A stretch of 64,000 bases of DNA from an uncultured delta proteobacterium. GTDB lineage: Bacteria; Desulfobacterota; Binatia; UBA9968. The stretch spans positions 128,001-192,000 of the forward strand of contig CAVUZH010000019.1 in the NCBI GenBank assembly GCA_963745835.1, given 5' to 3'. The notes under the pieces are model-generated. The model saw only the letters and a program-made list of their open reading frames with translations, was not told where the DNA came from and searched no databases. Both the position numbers and the translations under genes were made by a program. Below are positions 1 to 9,460 of the stretch, one piece after another (position 1 is the first letter of the stretch; every line of letters starts with the position of its first letter).

Positions 1-78
1 GCCGCCGCTTGGCTGTGCCCTTGAAGAGGAAAAATCTGTGAAATCAACCGCATTGGAGCGAGATCATCGGAGAGCTAT

Positions 79-201
79 ATGATCAAGCCCGGTAAATTCT
101 GGTCGAACTATGCCGAAGACATATTATTTATTTCATTACTAATGATCGGTATTTTGGCGGTTTATTTGTTTGCTGCCTACTTCATCATTGCCGTGCTGTA
201 G
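79..201 (+). CDS. small single-TM membrane protein (40 aa, not in ORF track)
   Basis: GGAGAG at 69-74, ATG 79, MIKPGKFWSNYAEDILFISLLMIGILAVYLFAAYFIIAVL, TAG 199-201; long hydrophobic run. Confidence 0.5.
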   Translation: MIKPGKFWSNYAEDILFISLLMIGILAVYLFAAYFIIAVL

Positions 202-290
202 TTAAGGTCGGATGTGAAATGTATTTGACGCCATTTGTGCTGCTACGTGAGCTTCAGCAGATTGTATCATTATGGATCACTGGACATCGT

Positions 291-470
291 ATGATCGAAT
301 ATGTCGCAGCAGCTGCTATCATTATCGCCCTACTTCTTCTGATTCGACGGCGCAAAAAGCTTTGCGTTCGGTGCGCAGCGCGAATCAACAAGTCTGCCGA
401 TGCATGTCCTCGTTGTGGTGTGCCGCATCCGTTCACATTCGATAATCTTCAATCACCAAAGCACCGTTGA
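291..470 (+). CDS. small membrane-anchored zinc-ribbon protein
   Basis: N-terminal TM (YVAAAAIIIALLLLI), basic RRRKK, then CxxC-x10-CPxCG. Confidence 0.6.
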   Translation: MIEYVAAAAIIIALLLLIRRRKKLCVRCAARINKSADACPRCGVPHPFTFDNLQSPKHR

Positions 471-512
471 TTCGTAGGCCCGAGGCGTTGGATTTGTGCC
501 GTATGATCAGAC

Positions 513-886
513 TTGATCAGATACTCGTCGAGCCTTGTTCTCGTTCTAATCACTTCCACTACTAGTGGCTGTAGCCCAACCGATCTACGGATGGAAGATA
601 AAACGGACAGTGGTATTTTTCCGACGTTGTACCCGCTGGAATTACCGCGAAGAAGATCGTCGACGCTACGTTAATGCCGGAGTTCTTACCAGCAACTCCG
701 CAGCCTGATCAAACCGGTCCATCGTATTGGCGGATGGAGCTTGGAGATCAATTGAACTTAATGGGTGCATGTTCCAGTGCCGCCCGCGGGTGCAAATCAA
801 GACACTGCCCCAGGATTGATAGTCCTGTACGTTCGAAATCAGGCGGTTTACAAAAGTCAGATCACAATCCGGCTAACGGCCGGCCT
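513..886 (+). pseudogene. possible DUF4124-like exported protein, frameshifted; end uncertain
   Basis: Signal/lipobox-like LVLVLITSTTSGC, then across indels near 580-601 IY.W.DKNGQWYFSDVVP, resembling the DUF4124 motif Y.W.D..G..(H/Y)FSD.P. Confidence 0.3.
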
Positions 887-1561
887 TCAAGAATACCCCA
901 TCGCTGCCAGGAACTGTTTCAACGAGGAGAATTTCAGGTAGGGATTGGTCCTTTTCTGCTCGCCCATGGTGGCGTGCTTAAGTGGCGCGTAATTGTGGCC
1001 GGGGAACAGAATCATGTTATCGGGCAACGCCAACAACTTTTGAGTCAAGCTGTAATACATCTGCTCAGGATTGCCGCCGGGAAAATCGACTCGGCCGCAT
1101 GCGTCGATGAAAAGCGTGTCTCCTGAAACGACTCGGTCATCCACCAGAAAGCACTGCGAGCCCGGCGTATGACCGGGCGTGTGCAGCAACTTAATTTCCA
1201 GGCCGCCCACATCCACTTTGTCGTCATTGTCGGTCTTGATCATATCCGAGGAAGACAGCCCCTTGATGAACTCCGCTTCCGCCTTGTGCACGACGACTTT
1301 GGCTTTACACTTGTCGAGCAACTCCGTCGCACCTGCTATCTCCATGCCGGCAAATCCACCACCAACGTGATCGGGATGGGTGTGGGTCACAAGAGCATGC
1401 GTAATTTCCATCTCGTCCTGCGCCGCAATCCGGAGAATTTCATCGATGTCCCAGGCCGCATCAACCACCACTGCCTTGCGGGTTTCCGTCGAGCCGATGA
1501 GATAAACGTAATTGTGCATCGGGCCGATTTCGATCTGTTTGAAATAAAGTGAAGGGTTCAT
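887..1561 (-). CDS. MBL-fold metallo-hydrolase (glyoxalase II / persulfide dioxygenase-like)
   Basis: THTHPDH, HTPGHTPG, GDTLFIDACGRVDF, PGHNY motifs. Confidence 0.9.
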   Translation of the reverse strand: MNPSLYFKQIEIGPMHNYVYLIGSTETRKAVVVDAAWDIDEILRIAAQDEMEITHALVTHTHPDHVGGGFAGMEIAGATELLDKCKAKVVVHKAEAEFIKGLSSSDMIKTDNDDKVDVGGLEIKLLHTPGHTPGSQCFLVDDRVVSGDTLFIDACGRVDFPGGNPEQMYYSLTQKLLALPDNMILFPGHNYAPLKHATMGEQKRTNPYLKFSSLKQFLAAMGYS

Positions 1562-2127
1562 CGTGACGAGAGAAGAATTACCTCGTGCTTCAGCTTCTGC
1601 AATTTTCTATTTCTCCACCGCCGGCAGCAAGCGTCGTACTTGTCTGATTTCGAGCGAAGCGAAAAATCTTCCTTGAACCAGCTTATCAGCTGAACCTTTG
1701 CCGAAAGCGACTGATAACTCACGCCCGCGCCGTTATCGTCGCTGACCGGAAGCCCGGAACTCGCCCAGCCCGGCGCGCTGACTTTTCCGCTCGGATCCCG
1801 CATGCCGCCGAAGCCGCCCAGCAAGTTAGCAACATCTTGAAAGCCGGCCTGTTGCAGCATATTAGCCGCCGATGTGGAGCGCGGCCCTGCTTGGCAACCG
1901 AGGATGATCTTTTTCTCGCGTGGAAAATTCGCTTCCACGACTCTAACGAAGTCGCTGTTCACCATCATGCCCCGCGCCGGGTCGGGAAAAGCCACCGGGA
2001 TGTTCACCGCTCCCTTCGGATGGCCGTTGGCAAACTCGGCTTCGGTACGCACGTCGATGTAAACAGCGCTCGAGTCATTAGTGAGAATATCCTGAGCCTG
2101 CTGCGGCGTGACTTCTTTGATCGCCAT
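1558..2127 (-). CDS. single-domain rhodanese (sulfurtransferase); last ~45 aa may be a frameshift read-through
   Basis: IDVRTEAEF..GHPKGAVNIP, active loop CQAGPRS, LLGGFGG. Confidence 0.85.
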   Translation of the reverse strand: MAIKEVTPQQAQDILTNDSSAVYIDVRTEAEFANGHPKGAVNIPVAFPDPARGMMVNSDFVRVVEANFPREKKIILGCQAGPRSTSAANMLQQAGFQDVANLLGGFGGMRDPSGKVSAPGWASSGLPVSDDNGAGVSYQSLSAKVQLISWFKEDFSLRSKSDKYDACCRRWRNRKLQKLKHEVILLSSR

Positions 2128-2227
2128 GAAACACCTCGCTAGAGTGCTGGAATACTAGAATGCTGGAGGACGTAGGTGAGTCGGAGCAAACGTCCATTGC
2201 GCATCATCCATTCACCCAATTTACCTG

Positions 2228-2998
2228 CTACTTCCCCATGATACTGTAGCCGGCATCCACATGCAGCACTTCACCGGTGATAGCGCTTCCCCATTGACTG
2301 CAAAGAAATAGCGCTGTTTTGCCGACTTCTGTGGCATCGATGTTCCTCTTCAAAGGCGCTCGCTCACTGACGTGATGAAGCATCTCTTTAAAATCGGCAA
2401 TGCCTGAAGCAGCAAGGGTTCTAATTGGTCCGGCGGAAATCGCATTGACCCGAATCCCTTTGGGCCCGAGATCATGAGCTAGATATCTCACGCTGGCCTC
2501 GAGCGCCGCCTTCGCCACTCCCATTACATTATAGTTGGGAATGACCTTCTCAGAACCCATGTAGGTCAAGGTCAGCATCGACCCACCCGTTCGCTCCATT
2601 AGCGGCGCCGCGTGGCGCGCCAGCGCGACCATGGAATAAGCGCTCACGTCCATAGCTAAGTGAAACCCGTGCCGGCTGGTTTGAACATACGGGTTGGCCA
2701 AGTCTTCTTTATTGGCGAAGGCGATGGCGTGGATCATGATATCCAGCCCGCCCCATTCTTGTTTGAGTCTCGTAAAAACCTTCTCGATTTCTTCGTCTTT
2801 GGTCACGTCACAGGGCAAGATGATCCTCGATCCGATGCCCTCGGCCAACGGTCGCACCCGTTTCTCCAAGATCTCGCCGGCGAAAGTGAACGCCAGCTCT
2901 GCACCTTCCGTGTGGAGCGCTTCCGAAATCGCCCATGCGATACTCCGGTCATTCGCCACTCCGAAGATTGCCGCTTTCTTACCATCCAAAAGACCCAT
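2228..2998 (-). CDS. fabI: enoyl-ACP reductase FabI
   Basis: [37 protein letters not shown]. Confidence 0.97.
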   Translation of the reverse strand: MGLLDGKKAAIFGVANDRSIAWAISEALHTEGAELAFTFAGEILEKRVRPLAEGIGSRIILPCDVTKDEEIEKVFTRLKQEWGGLDIMIHAIAFANKEDLANPYVQTSRHGFHLAMDVSAYSMVALARHAAPLMERTGGSMLTLTYMGSEKVIPNYNVMGVAKAALEASVRYLAHDLGPKGIRVNAISAGPIRTLAASGIADFKEMLHHVSERAPLKRNIDATEVGKTALFLCSQWGSAITGEVLHVDAGYSIMGK

Positions 2999-3173
2999 CA
3001 AATTCTCCCCTCCCGCAGTCCGGTTTTAATTTTTCAACTTCATGACTCCGGATCAATATCCCTCAATTTGCCGCGTCACCGCGATTTCCTCGTCTTTTGC
3101 GATCCGTGATCCTGCAAGTTCTGGTAGGCCCTCGATAGAAAGATTTGGCAGTGACCGGCCGAAACAATCCAAA

Positions 3174-3782
3174 TCATTGGTCCTTTGCTTTGCTCCGGAG
3201 TCCCCTCTGCCACAGGTATTCTCTTTCTCCCGTCTCCTTGCTGATCCAGCGTGACAGGACAAAGAACAGATCGCTCAGGCGATTGACGTACTTCAGCGGC
3301 CATTCGCTGATCGTCTCCTCGCGGGACAAGCGCAGAATCTCTCGTTCCGCTCGCCGGCATACGGTCCGGCATTGATGCAGATAGGCGCCAACACGCCCGC
3401 CGCCGGGAAGAATGAAAGACTCGAGCGGCTGAAGATTCTCCTGGCACTTGTCGATGAGCTTTTCGATGTTTTTTATTTCAGTTTGGGAAATGCGAAACAT
3501 CCCTTGCTGAAAACATTCAGGCGGGGTAGCTAATTCGCTGCCCAGATCGAACAGCTCATCTTGAATTTTGCAGAGCACCTCGTCCAAGAAATGGTGCGCC
3601 TCACCGGCCTCGAGGTTTTCCTCATTGAACACGCGCGCTAACCCGATAATCGAATTCAATTCGTCGATCGTGCCGTAAGCATCGATACGCGGCGAATCCT
3701 TAGGCACGCGTTTGCCACCGACGAGGCTAGTTTCTCCTCGATCGCCGGTCCTGGTGTAAACTCTAGTGATACGGATTGCCAT
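3174..3782 (-). CDS. PduO-type ATP:cob(I)alamin adenosyltransferase
   Basis: VYTRTGDRGET, YGTIDELNS, FILPGG, RTVCRRAER, NRLSDLFF. Confidence 0.95.
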   Translation of the reverse strand: MAIRITRVYTRTGDRGETSLVGGKRVPKDSPRIDAYGTIDELNSIIGLARVFNEENLEAGEAHHFLDEVLCKIQDELFDLGSELATPPECFQQGMFRISQTEIKNIEKLIDKCQENLQPLESFILPGGGRVGAYLHQCRTVCRRAEREILRLSREETISEWPLKYVNRLSDLFFVLSRWISKETGEREYLWQRGLRSKAKDQ

Positions 3783-3828
3783 TGGCGGATAGTTCTCGTT
3801 GTTGCAGAACTAGCGGCTGGGAGTTCTA

Positions 3829-5232
3829 TTAAGATCTTGAAGCGAAACTCGGCTTTTGCTCCGGACCCAGAGTCGTCCAAACATAATATATCGGGATGCC
3901 GATGGCGACGATGACTACCCCCACGAGTGACTCGAACGGTTTCTCTTTCACCGAACCCCAGACAATCCATAGATGTATCAGGACAAACAGAAGCGGCACG
4001 AGCGGGTAGCCCCAGACCTTGTAAGGACGCTTGAGCTCCGGTCTTTTGTAGCGAAGCACGATCACAGAACCCACCGTGAATGCCGAGAACAAGGTGATGA
4101 CCACGCTCACATAGGTAAACAAGGTTCCCCAGGTATTGGTCAATATTAACAAACAAGCCCAAGTTGCCTGGAGGATGATCGCGCTGGCGGGAGTGCCAAA
4201 CCGAGGGTGAATGCGGCTCAGGCTCTTAAACAGAACTCCGTCCTGCGCCATCGCATAGTAAATCCGCGGCCCGATCATCGTCACGACGTTTAGCGCCCCG
4301 AGAATGGATATCGTGATGATCGCGGTGATTAGAGCCGAGGTCTGGTAACCGAACAATGCCGTGGTCGCCACTTCCGATACGCGTAGCGCGCCTTTCATCT
4401 CGGTAACGGGCACGGCGTAGATATAGACGGCGTTGATAGCCAAGTAGAGCCCGATTACAATCAGCACCCCGCATAGCAAAGCGCGCGGCAAGTTTCGCTC
4501 CGGATCTTTCACTTCGCCTGCGATATAAGTAACGGCGTTCCAGCCCGAATAGGCGAAGATTACCGGTATGAAGGCAGCAGCGAATACGCTGAAGCTAACT
4601 TTTTGCCAATCAAAAAGCGGAACAAAATGGGAGCTGTCGCCTTTGCCAAAGAGAATGCCGAAAACAATAATTGCCAAGAGCGCGCCGATTTTTAGAATCG
4701 TCAGAATATTTTGGACCATCGTCCCTTGCCGCACCCCGAGACAATGCAGCCCCGACAAAATCAGTACGACGACAATCGCAAATAGTGTCCCCGCTGTGGC
4801 AGTGATCGGCAACCAAGGTATTGCCACTGAGAATATAATCGTTTCGGAACGCAGCACCGGAAAGAAAAAAGCCATAAACCCGTTTAAGCTCACCGCGAGA
4901 AATGCGATTGCACCTGAGAACGTCACCAGGAACGAGGACCACCCGGAGAGAAAGCCCATCAATTTGCCGTAGGCCTCGCGGATATAGATGTAGTCGCCGC
5001 CGGCAAACGGCAAACTCGCTGAAAGCTCAGCGAAGGTAAGCGCCCCGGTGAGAGCTAGCAGCCCGCCGAGCAACCACACTAGCAGCACGCCGCCGGGCGA
5101 TGGCAGTGTCTCGGCGATGACGCCCGTTGAGATGAAGATGCCGGTGCCGATCATATCGCCGGCAATCAACATCACCGCGCTAAACAAACCTATTTGTCGC
5201 TTCAACTCTTGTTGCGCCATAGCGATACCCAT
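3829..5232 (-). CDS. APC-family amino acid permease
   Basis: MIGTGIF, AELS..LP.AGGDY.Y, FAYSGWN, ~12 TM segments. Confidence 0.92.
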   Translation of the reverse strand: MGIAMAQQELKRQIGLFSAVMLIAGDMIGTGIFISTGVIAETLPSPGGVLLVWLLGGLLALTGALTFAELSASLPFAGGDYIYIREAYGKLMGFLSGWSSFLVTFSGAIAFLAVSLNGFMAFFFPVLRSETIIFSVAIPWLPITATAGTLFAIVVVLILSGLHCLGVRQGTMVQNILTILKIGALLAIIVFGILFGKGDSSHFVPLFDWQKVSFSVFAAAFIPVIFAYSGWNAVTYIAGEVKDPERNLPRALLCGVLIVIGLYLAINAVYIYAVPVTEMKGALRVSEVATTALFGYQTSALITAIITISILGALNVVTMIGPRIYYAMAQDGVLFKSLSRIHPRFGTPASAIILQATWACLLILTNTWGTLFTYVSVVITLFSAFTVGSVIVLRYKRPELKRPYKVWGYPLVPLLFVLIHLWIVWGSVKEKPFESLVGVVIVAIGIPIYYVWTTLGPEQKPSFASRS

Positions 5233-5312
5233 AACAGGGAAGCGGCCAAGATCGCAACTGATTTAGCCCTTGGACGTCATCGGAATCTGTTGTTTGAACT
5301 GCATGCACTATC

Positions 5313-5450
5313 CTAGCAGAATCGCCGCGCTCGAAACCGTGTTCATGTTCATCCGGATTCTCTATCGCCTGTTACGGATGAGCACTAAGTTCCGCCTGCC
5401 TCTGAATCTTTTGACCAGCCTGCATTCAGAGTTTTCCAGCAAACTGCTAA
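5313..5450. mobile_element. MITE-like repeat, copy A (degenerate left end)
   Basis: Right end TCTTTTGACCAGCCTGCATTCAGAGTTTTCCAGCAAACTGCTA nearly identical to 45547-45589; core similar to copy C. Confidence 0.6.
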
Positions 5451-5522
5451 CCTTGATCCTATAAGTAGTCGCCGATTACTAGTTCGTGGTTAAAAATTCC
5501 CTAGCCAATCAGTGAGGAGAGA

Positions 5523-6191
5523 ATGAAGGCAATAATAAGTCTTTTGGCAATGCTCGCATTGCCGTTGTCAGCACCGGCTCAGGATGCGCTCAAGCACGAT
5601 CATCAGCAGATGCACCAACTTCACCGCGACTCGAGAGCCTACATTGGTATGCTCGATGATCCTAAACGCGATGCCTATCAAAAGCCGCACGAAGTTTTGA
5701 CGGCTCTGGCCATCGAGCCAGGCGAGGTGATCGCCGATATCGGCGCAGGCTCCGGTTATTTTACCTTTCGCCTGGCGCATCACGTGGGCGATAAAGGAAA
5801 GGTCTATGCGGTTGACATTAGCCCCGACATGATTCGGCACCTCAATCGGCGCATCCGGGAGCTCAAAGCCATGAACGTCACAGCTATTCTCGCGGATGCG
5901 GATGACCCGCTCCTGGCCGATGCTTCGATAGATCGCTTCTTCTTTTCGGATTCATGGCACCACATCGAGAATCAGTCGAAGTATCTTTCGCTGATCAAAA
6001 AGATGCTAAAACCCGGCGGCGAAATCATCATGATCGACTTCCATAAGAAAGAACTTCCCGTCGGTCCGCCGATGCAAATGAAGATTGCTCGCGAGGATCT
6101 TATCCGACAGATGGGAAGTAACGGCTTCCGGCATACGAAAGAGCATACGTTCTTGCCGTATCAATATTTTCTTGAGTTTGTGCCGAAGTAG
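5523..6191 (+). CDS. class I SAM-dependent methyltransferase with N-terminal signal peptide
   Basis: IADIGAGSGYF motif I, VYAVDIS, LKPGG; MKAIISLLAMLALPLSAPA signal. Confidence 0.88.
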   Translation: MKAIISLLAMLALPLSAPAQDALKHDHQQMHQLHRDSRAYIGMLDDPKRDAYQKPHEVLTALAIEPGEVIADIGAGSGYFTFRLAHHVGDKGKVYAVDISPDMIRHLNRRIRELKAMNVTAILADADDPLLADASIDRFFFSDSWHHIENQSKYLSLIKKMLKPGGEIIMIDFHKKELPVGPPMQMKIAREDLIRQMGSNGFRHTKEHTFLPYQYFLEFVPK

Positions 6192-6465
6192 AGGAGGAAG
6201 TTGCCGGACGAGGTCTCAGTAAACAGACGCACCACTATCTATCCCACCTCCTCTATCGGCCTGCAACGTCCGTTGATGTACGGCGAGCGTAAAGTTGAAC
6301 TGATACTCGCTGCCAGTCAGACTTTATCGCAGAAACCCAACCGTCTTTTCAATATTTGCCTATCGCTAAAAAAGGCTTGACACGTTTCATCAATTTCGGG
6401 ATAAGCTCACCTCGTTTAACGGCGGGGACAAATAATTGGGGTTTCAAACAGGAAGGAAGAGTCTT

Positions 6466-7737
6466 ATGAAAATGCGATGGCTCACCTCTATGGTCATTAT
6501 TTTCGTTATCTCCGTCATCGGCGCAGGTTTGTTCGCGGCTCGCGAAGACGATGATGACAAACGACAGTTTCCAAAGAATGCCACCTTTACGACGCTCATC
6601 ACCACTCCGCGCCCGATTGAAGGCCTGACCGGCGATAATCATCGCAACTTATACACAGGCGGCTCCGGCATGCCTCCTTGCCCCATTTGGCAGATCAATC
6701 TAAACAACCCTGCCCTAACTCCGGTCGGGTTCGTTTTCCCGGCCACGGGAAACTGCGGCTTCTCTGGTATCGCTTTCGATGAAAACGGCGACCTGTTCGT
6801 TGCTGACGGAGCAGCGGGAACTATTTATACCTTCAAACCAAACGCGAACACGCCACCGACCGCGACCGTTTTTGCCGCCGGCGCGCCCGGAGCGAATGGA
6901 CTTGCCTTCGACAAGCGAGGAAATCTCTGGGCCAGCGACGGCACGACCGGTCAGGGAAGAGTTTGGAGAATAACCGGCTCCGGCGCAAACTGCACTGCCG
7001 CGCCGCCGGTTAACTGCCAGGAGATATTTCGGATTCAGCCGATGGCCAATGAGGTGAACCTAATTGATGGTGTTGGTGGGGTCGGTCGTGACGTCCGTGC
7101 GTTGCCGTTAGGAACGATAACCGTGACACCAACGAGTCGTAACGCCGCCAACACATTGGGTTCCCAGCCGCTGGTGGCAAACGGTTTGGCTTTCAATAAG
7201 AAGGGCGATCTGTTCAATATCGATACCGCACGGGGAGCGCTTTGGAAGATGGAATTCGATCGGGATGGAAATCTCAAAAGTCCGACCGGCTGCGATACCA
7301 CATTTACGGCTAATACGCTGTGCCTCAGTAATGTCGTCGTTGCTCATCCGATTCTCGAGGGCGGCGACGGCATCGCCCTCGATCGGGAGGGAAATGTCTG
7401 GGTGGCTGCGAATGAACGGAATGCAGTCGCTGTTGTTACGAAAGATGGAAAGGTCATCGAGGTTTTCCGTAATCTCGTTAACCTACCGCAGCCACTGTCA
7501 TTTGGCGCTGGATTGAGGAACGCGGGCGACCAATCCGTAGGCAACAATCACATTCTGGAATTTCCAACCAGTCCATTCCTTACCGGAAAAGTTTTCTGCA
7601 TCTCTCAGTCTGACGGTAATCGGCGGGACAATTCCCCCAGCACAGCCGGCGAAGTCAGCCCCGCTGGCCCCATCGGTAAAATTTCCTGCATGGACCAGGA
7701 GCTAAAGATTCCAGGTCTGCAGTTGCCGATCGATTAA
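6466..7737 (+). CDS. secreted beta-propeller protein (SMP-30/gluconolactonase/NHL-like)
   Basis: Signal peptide; repeated blades SGIAFDENGDLFVAD, NGLAFDKRGNLWASD, NGLAFNKKGDLF, DGIALDREGNVWVA. Confidence 0.8.
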   Translation: MKMRWLTSMVIIFVISVIGAGLFAAREDDDDKRQFPKNATFTTLITTPRPIEGLTGDNHRNLYTGGSGMPPCPIWQINLNNPALTPVGFVFPATGNCGFSGIAFDENGDLFVADGAAGTIYTFKPNANTPPTATVFAAGAPGANGLAFDKRGNLWASDGTTGQGRVWRITGSGANCTAAPPVNCQEIFRIQPMANEVNLIDGVGGVGRDVRALPLGTITVTPTSRNAANTLGSQPLVANGLAFNKKGDLFNIDTARGALWKMEFDRDGNLKSPTGCDTTFTANTLCLSNVVVAHPILEGGDGIALDREGNVWVAANERNAVAVVTKDGKVIEVFRNLVNLPQPLSFGAGLRNAGDQSVGNNHILEFPTSPFLTGKVFCISQSDGNRRDNSPSTAGEVSPAGPIGKISCMDQELKIPGLQLPID

Positions 7738-7807
7738 AGTTGATTACTAAAATATGTAATTGGAGTCGATCTATGAAATTAGTTGGACTCACCGCTTCGG
7801 GCGATTA

Positions 7808-7850
7808 AACCTAGGGGCCGGAATTCATTCCGTCCCCCTTTGTCTAGGTT
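7808..7850. terminator. nested inverted repeat between convergent genes (terminator or REP-like)
   Basis: AACCTAG...CTAGGTT enclosing GGGGCCGGAAT-TC-ATTCCGTCCCC. Confidence 0.5.
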
Positions 7851-9360
7851 ACTTATCGGTTATGGCTCTCTTCAGATGGAAAAGAACAATCGCTACGGTA
7901 ATGATGGTCATGGCCCACGCGAACCAGTCGCCATAACGAACATAGTAGGTCTGCCCGTGCAAGATATCCACCTCGGCTTTTAGCACGTCGGGCACAAACA
8001 TCGGCAAAGATTCCACTAGTTCTCCTTTGGCATTAACTAGTGAGGTCACCCCGGTGTTGGTGACACGGAGCAAACTGCGGCGGGTTTCAATGGCGCGGGA
8101 TTGCGCCAGGCGCGCGTGTTGCCACGGTCCAACCGATTTGCCGTACCAGGCGTCGTTGGTAAGATTCACCAACAGGTTGGCGCCAGTTCCTTTGACGAAA
8201 TCGCGGGACAAATCAGGCATCAAATCCTCATAGCAGATCAGCGCTCCGATTCGAATGCCGCCCGGCATCTCGAACACGGCTGGACCGTTGCCCGCGGTAA
8301 AACCGTCGGCAAACGGCATTGCCGGTAGCAGCGATAGGAGTTTGGCAAACGGCAGATACTCGCCAAACGCGAGCAGGACCTGCTTGTGATATCTTCCCAA
8401 CACCCGACCAGGTGCATCCGTGAAAAAGGCCGTATTGAACGCCGTAAAGTTCGCCGTTCCGGGCTGGCCGCGGAAGCTTTTTGCACCGAAGATAAAGTGT
8501 GATTGCTCCGGCAGTGGCGGCATCAAATCGTCGGGCAGATACTGCAACTGGTCAGGTAACCAGACCTCAATCGCAGATTCCGGCCAGATTACTAAAGGCA
8601 CGACGTCCAGCTGCCTGGTTAAATTTTTGTGCTTCTCAAGGTTTTGCTTTACCAGAGATGGATTCCATTTCAGGTCGATGTCGATATTCCCCTGCACCGC
8701 CGCCACCGGCAACTTGCGCGCAGCAGCGATTTCGTAACCGACGGCACCTAAACGCTGGTACCCATAGATCAGCGACACTATCGCCATCACGACGCAGTAC
8801 GCGAACGCCGGTAGTCGCGAGCGCCGCGCCTCATTGCCTGGGTAAATGATTCGATAAGCCGCGGCATTGAACCACATCAATAAAAAGCTCGCCCCATAAG
8901 GACCAACCAGATCGGCTGTTTGAATGAACAGCAAAAACGAAACCTGGCTGTTGGCGAGATACCAGGGAAACAGCAGCGGGAACCAGAATTCGAGCGCAAC
9001 CCAGAATACTGCCGGCAAAATCTGTAACGGCCCAAATCCAAACCGGCGCACAAGATAGACAAAGATCGCCATCTGCAATCCCTGTAAAATCGCGTAGAGC
9101 AGGAAGACAAGGCTGCTAATCGGATAGGGAAAACCGCCGAACACATTGATGGTGTAGACAAGCCAATGAAATCCGATCAGGTGAGCGACAGTGCCCATCA
9201 GCCAGCCGAACAAAACCGCCCGGCGTAGAGTTTCCGCTCTACTGATTACCCAAAAAAGCGGCACGAAGGCGATCCAGGCAAACAGAAATAAACTCGGCGC
9301 GAGATAAGGCGCGGCTAGTAGAATGGCTGATACTAGAAGCGCGAGCGATTTGCTTGACAT
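7849..9360 (-). CDS. lnt: apolipoprotein N-acyltransferase
   Basis: TM N-terminus; nitrilase triad WPESA / YHKQVLLAFGEY / LICYED; NLTNDAWYG. Confidence 0.95.
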   Translation of the reverse strand: MSSKSLALLVSAILLAAPYLAPSLFLFAWIAFVPLFWVISRAETLRRAVLFGWLMGTVAHLIGFHWLVYTINVFGGFPYPISSLVFLLYAILQGLQMAIFVYLVRRFGFGPLQILPAVFWVALEFWFPLLFPWYLANSQVSFLLFIQTADLVGPYGASFLLMWFNAAAYRIIYPGNEARRSRLPAFAYCVVMAIVSLIYGYQRLGAVGYEIAAARKLPVAAVQGNIDIDLKWNPSLVKQNLEKHKNLTRQLDVVPLVIWPESAIEVWLPDQLQYLPDDLMPPLPEQSHFIFGAKSFRGQPGTANFTAFNTAFFTDAPGRVLGRYHKQVLLAFGEYLPFAKLLSLLPAMPFADGFTAGNGPAVFEMPGGIRIGALICYEDLMPDLSRDFVKGTGANLLVNLTNDAWYGKSVGPWQHARLAQSRAIETRRSLLRVTNTGVTSLVNAKGELVESLPMFVPDVLKAEVDILHGQTYYVRYGDWFAWAMTIITVAIVLFHLKRAITDK

Positions 9361-9460
9361 ATTAACTTTCGACCTATAAATAAATAATCCCATCATACGT
9401 TTGAAAATTATCACGAACCATCAGTGAAAACATAATCACCCGGGTTAGCGGAGGCGCATC

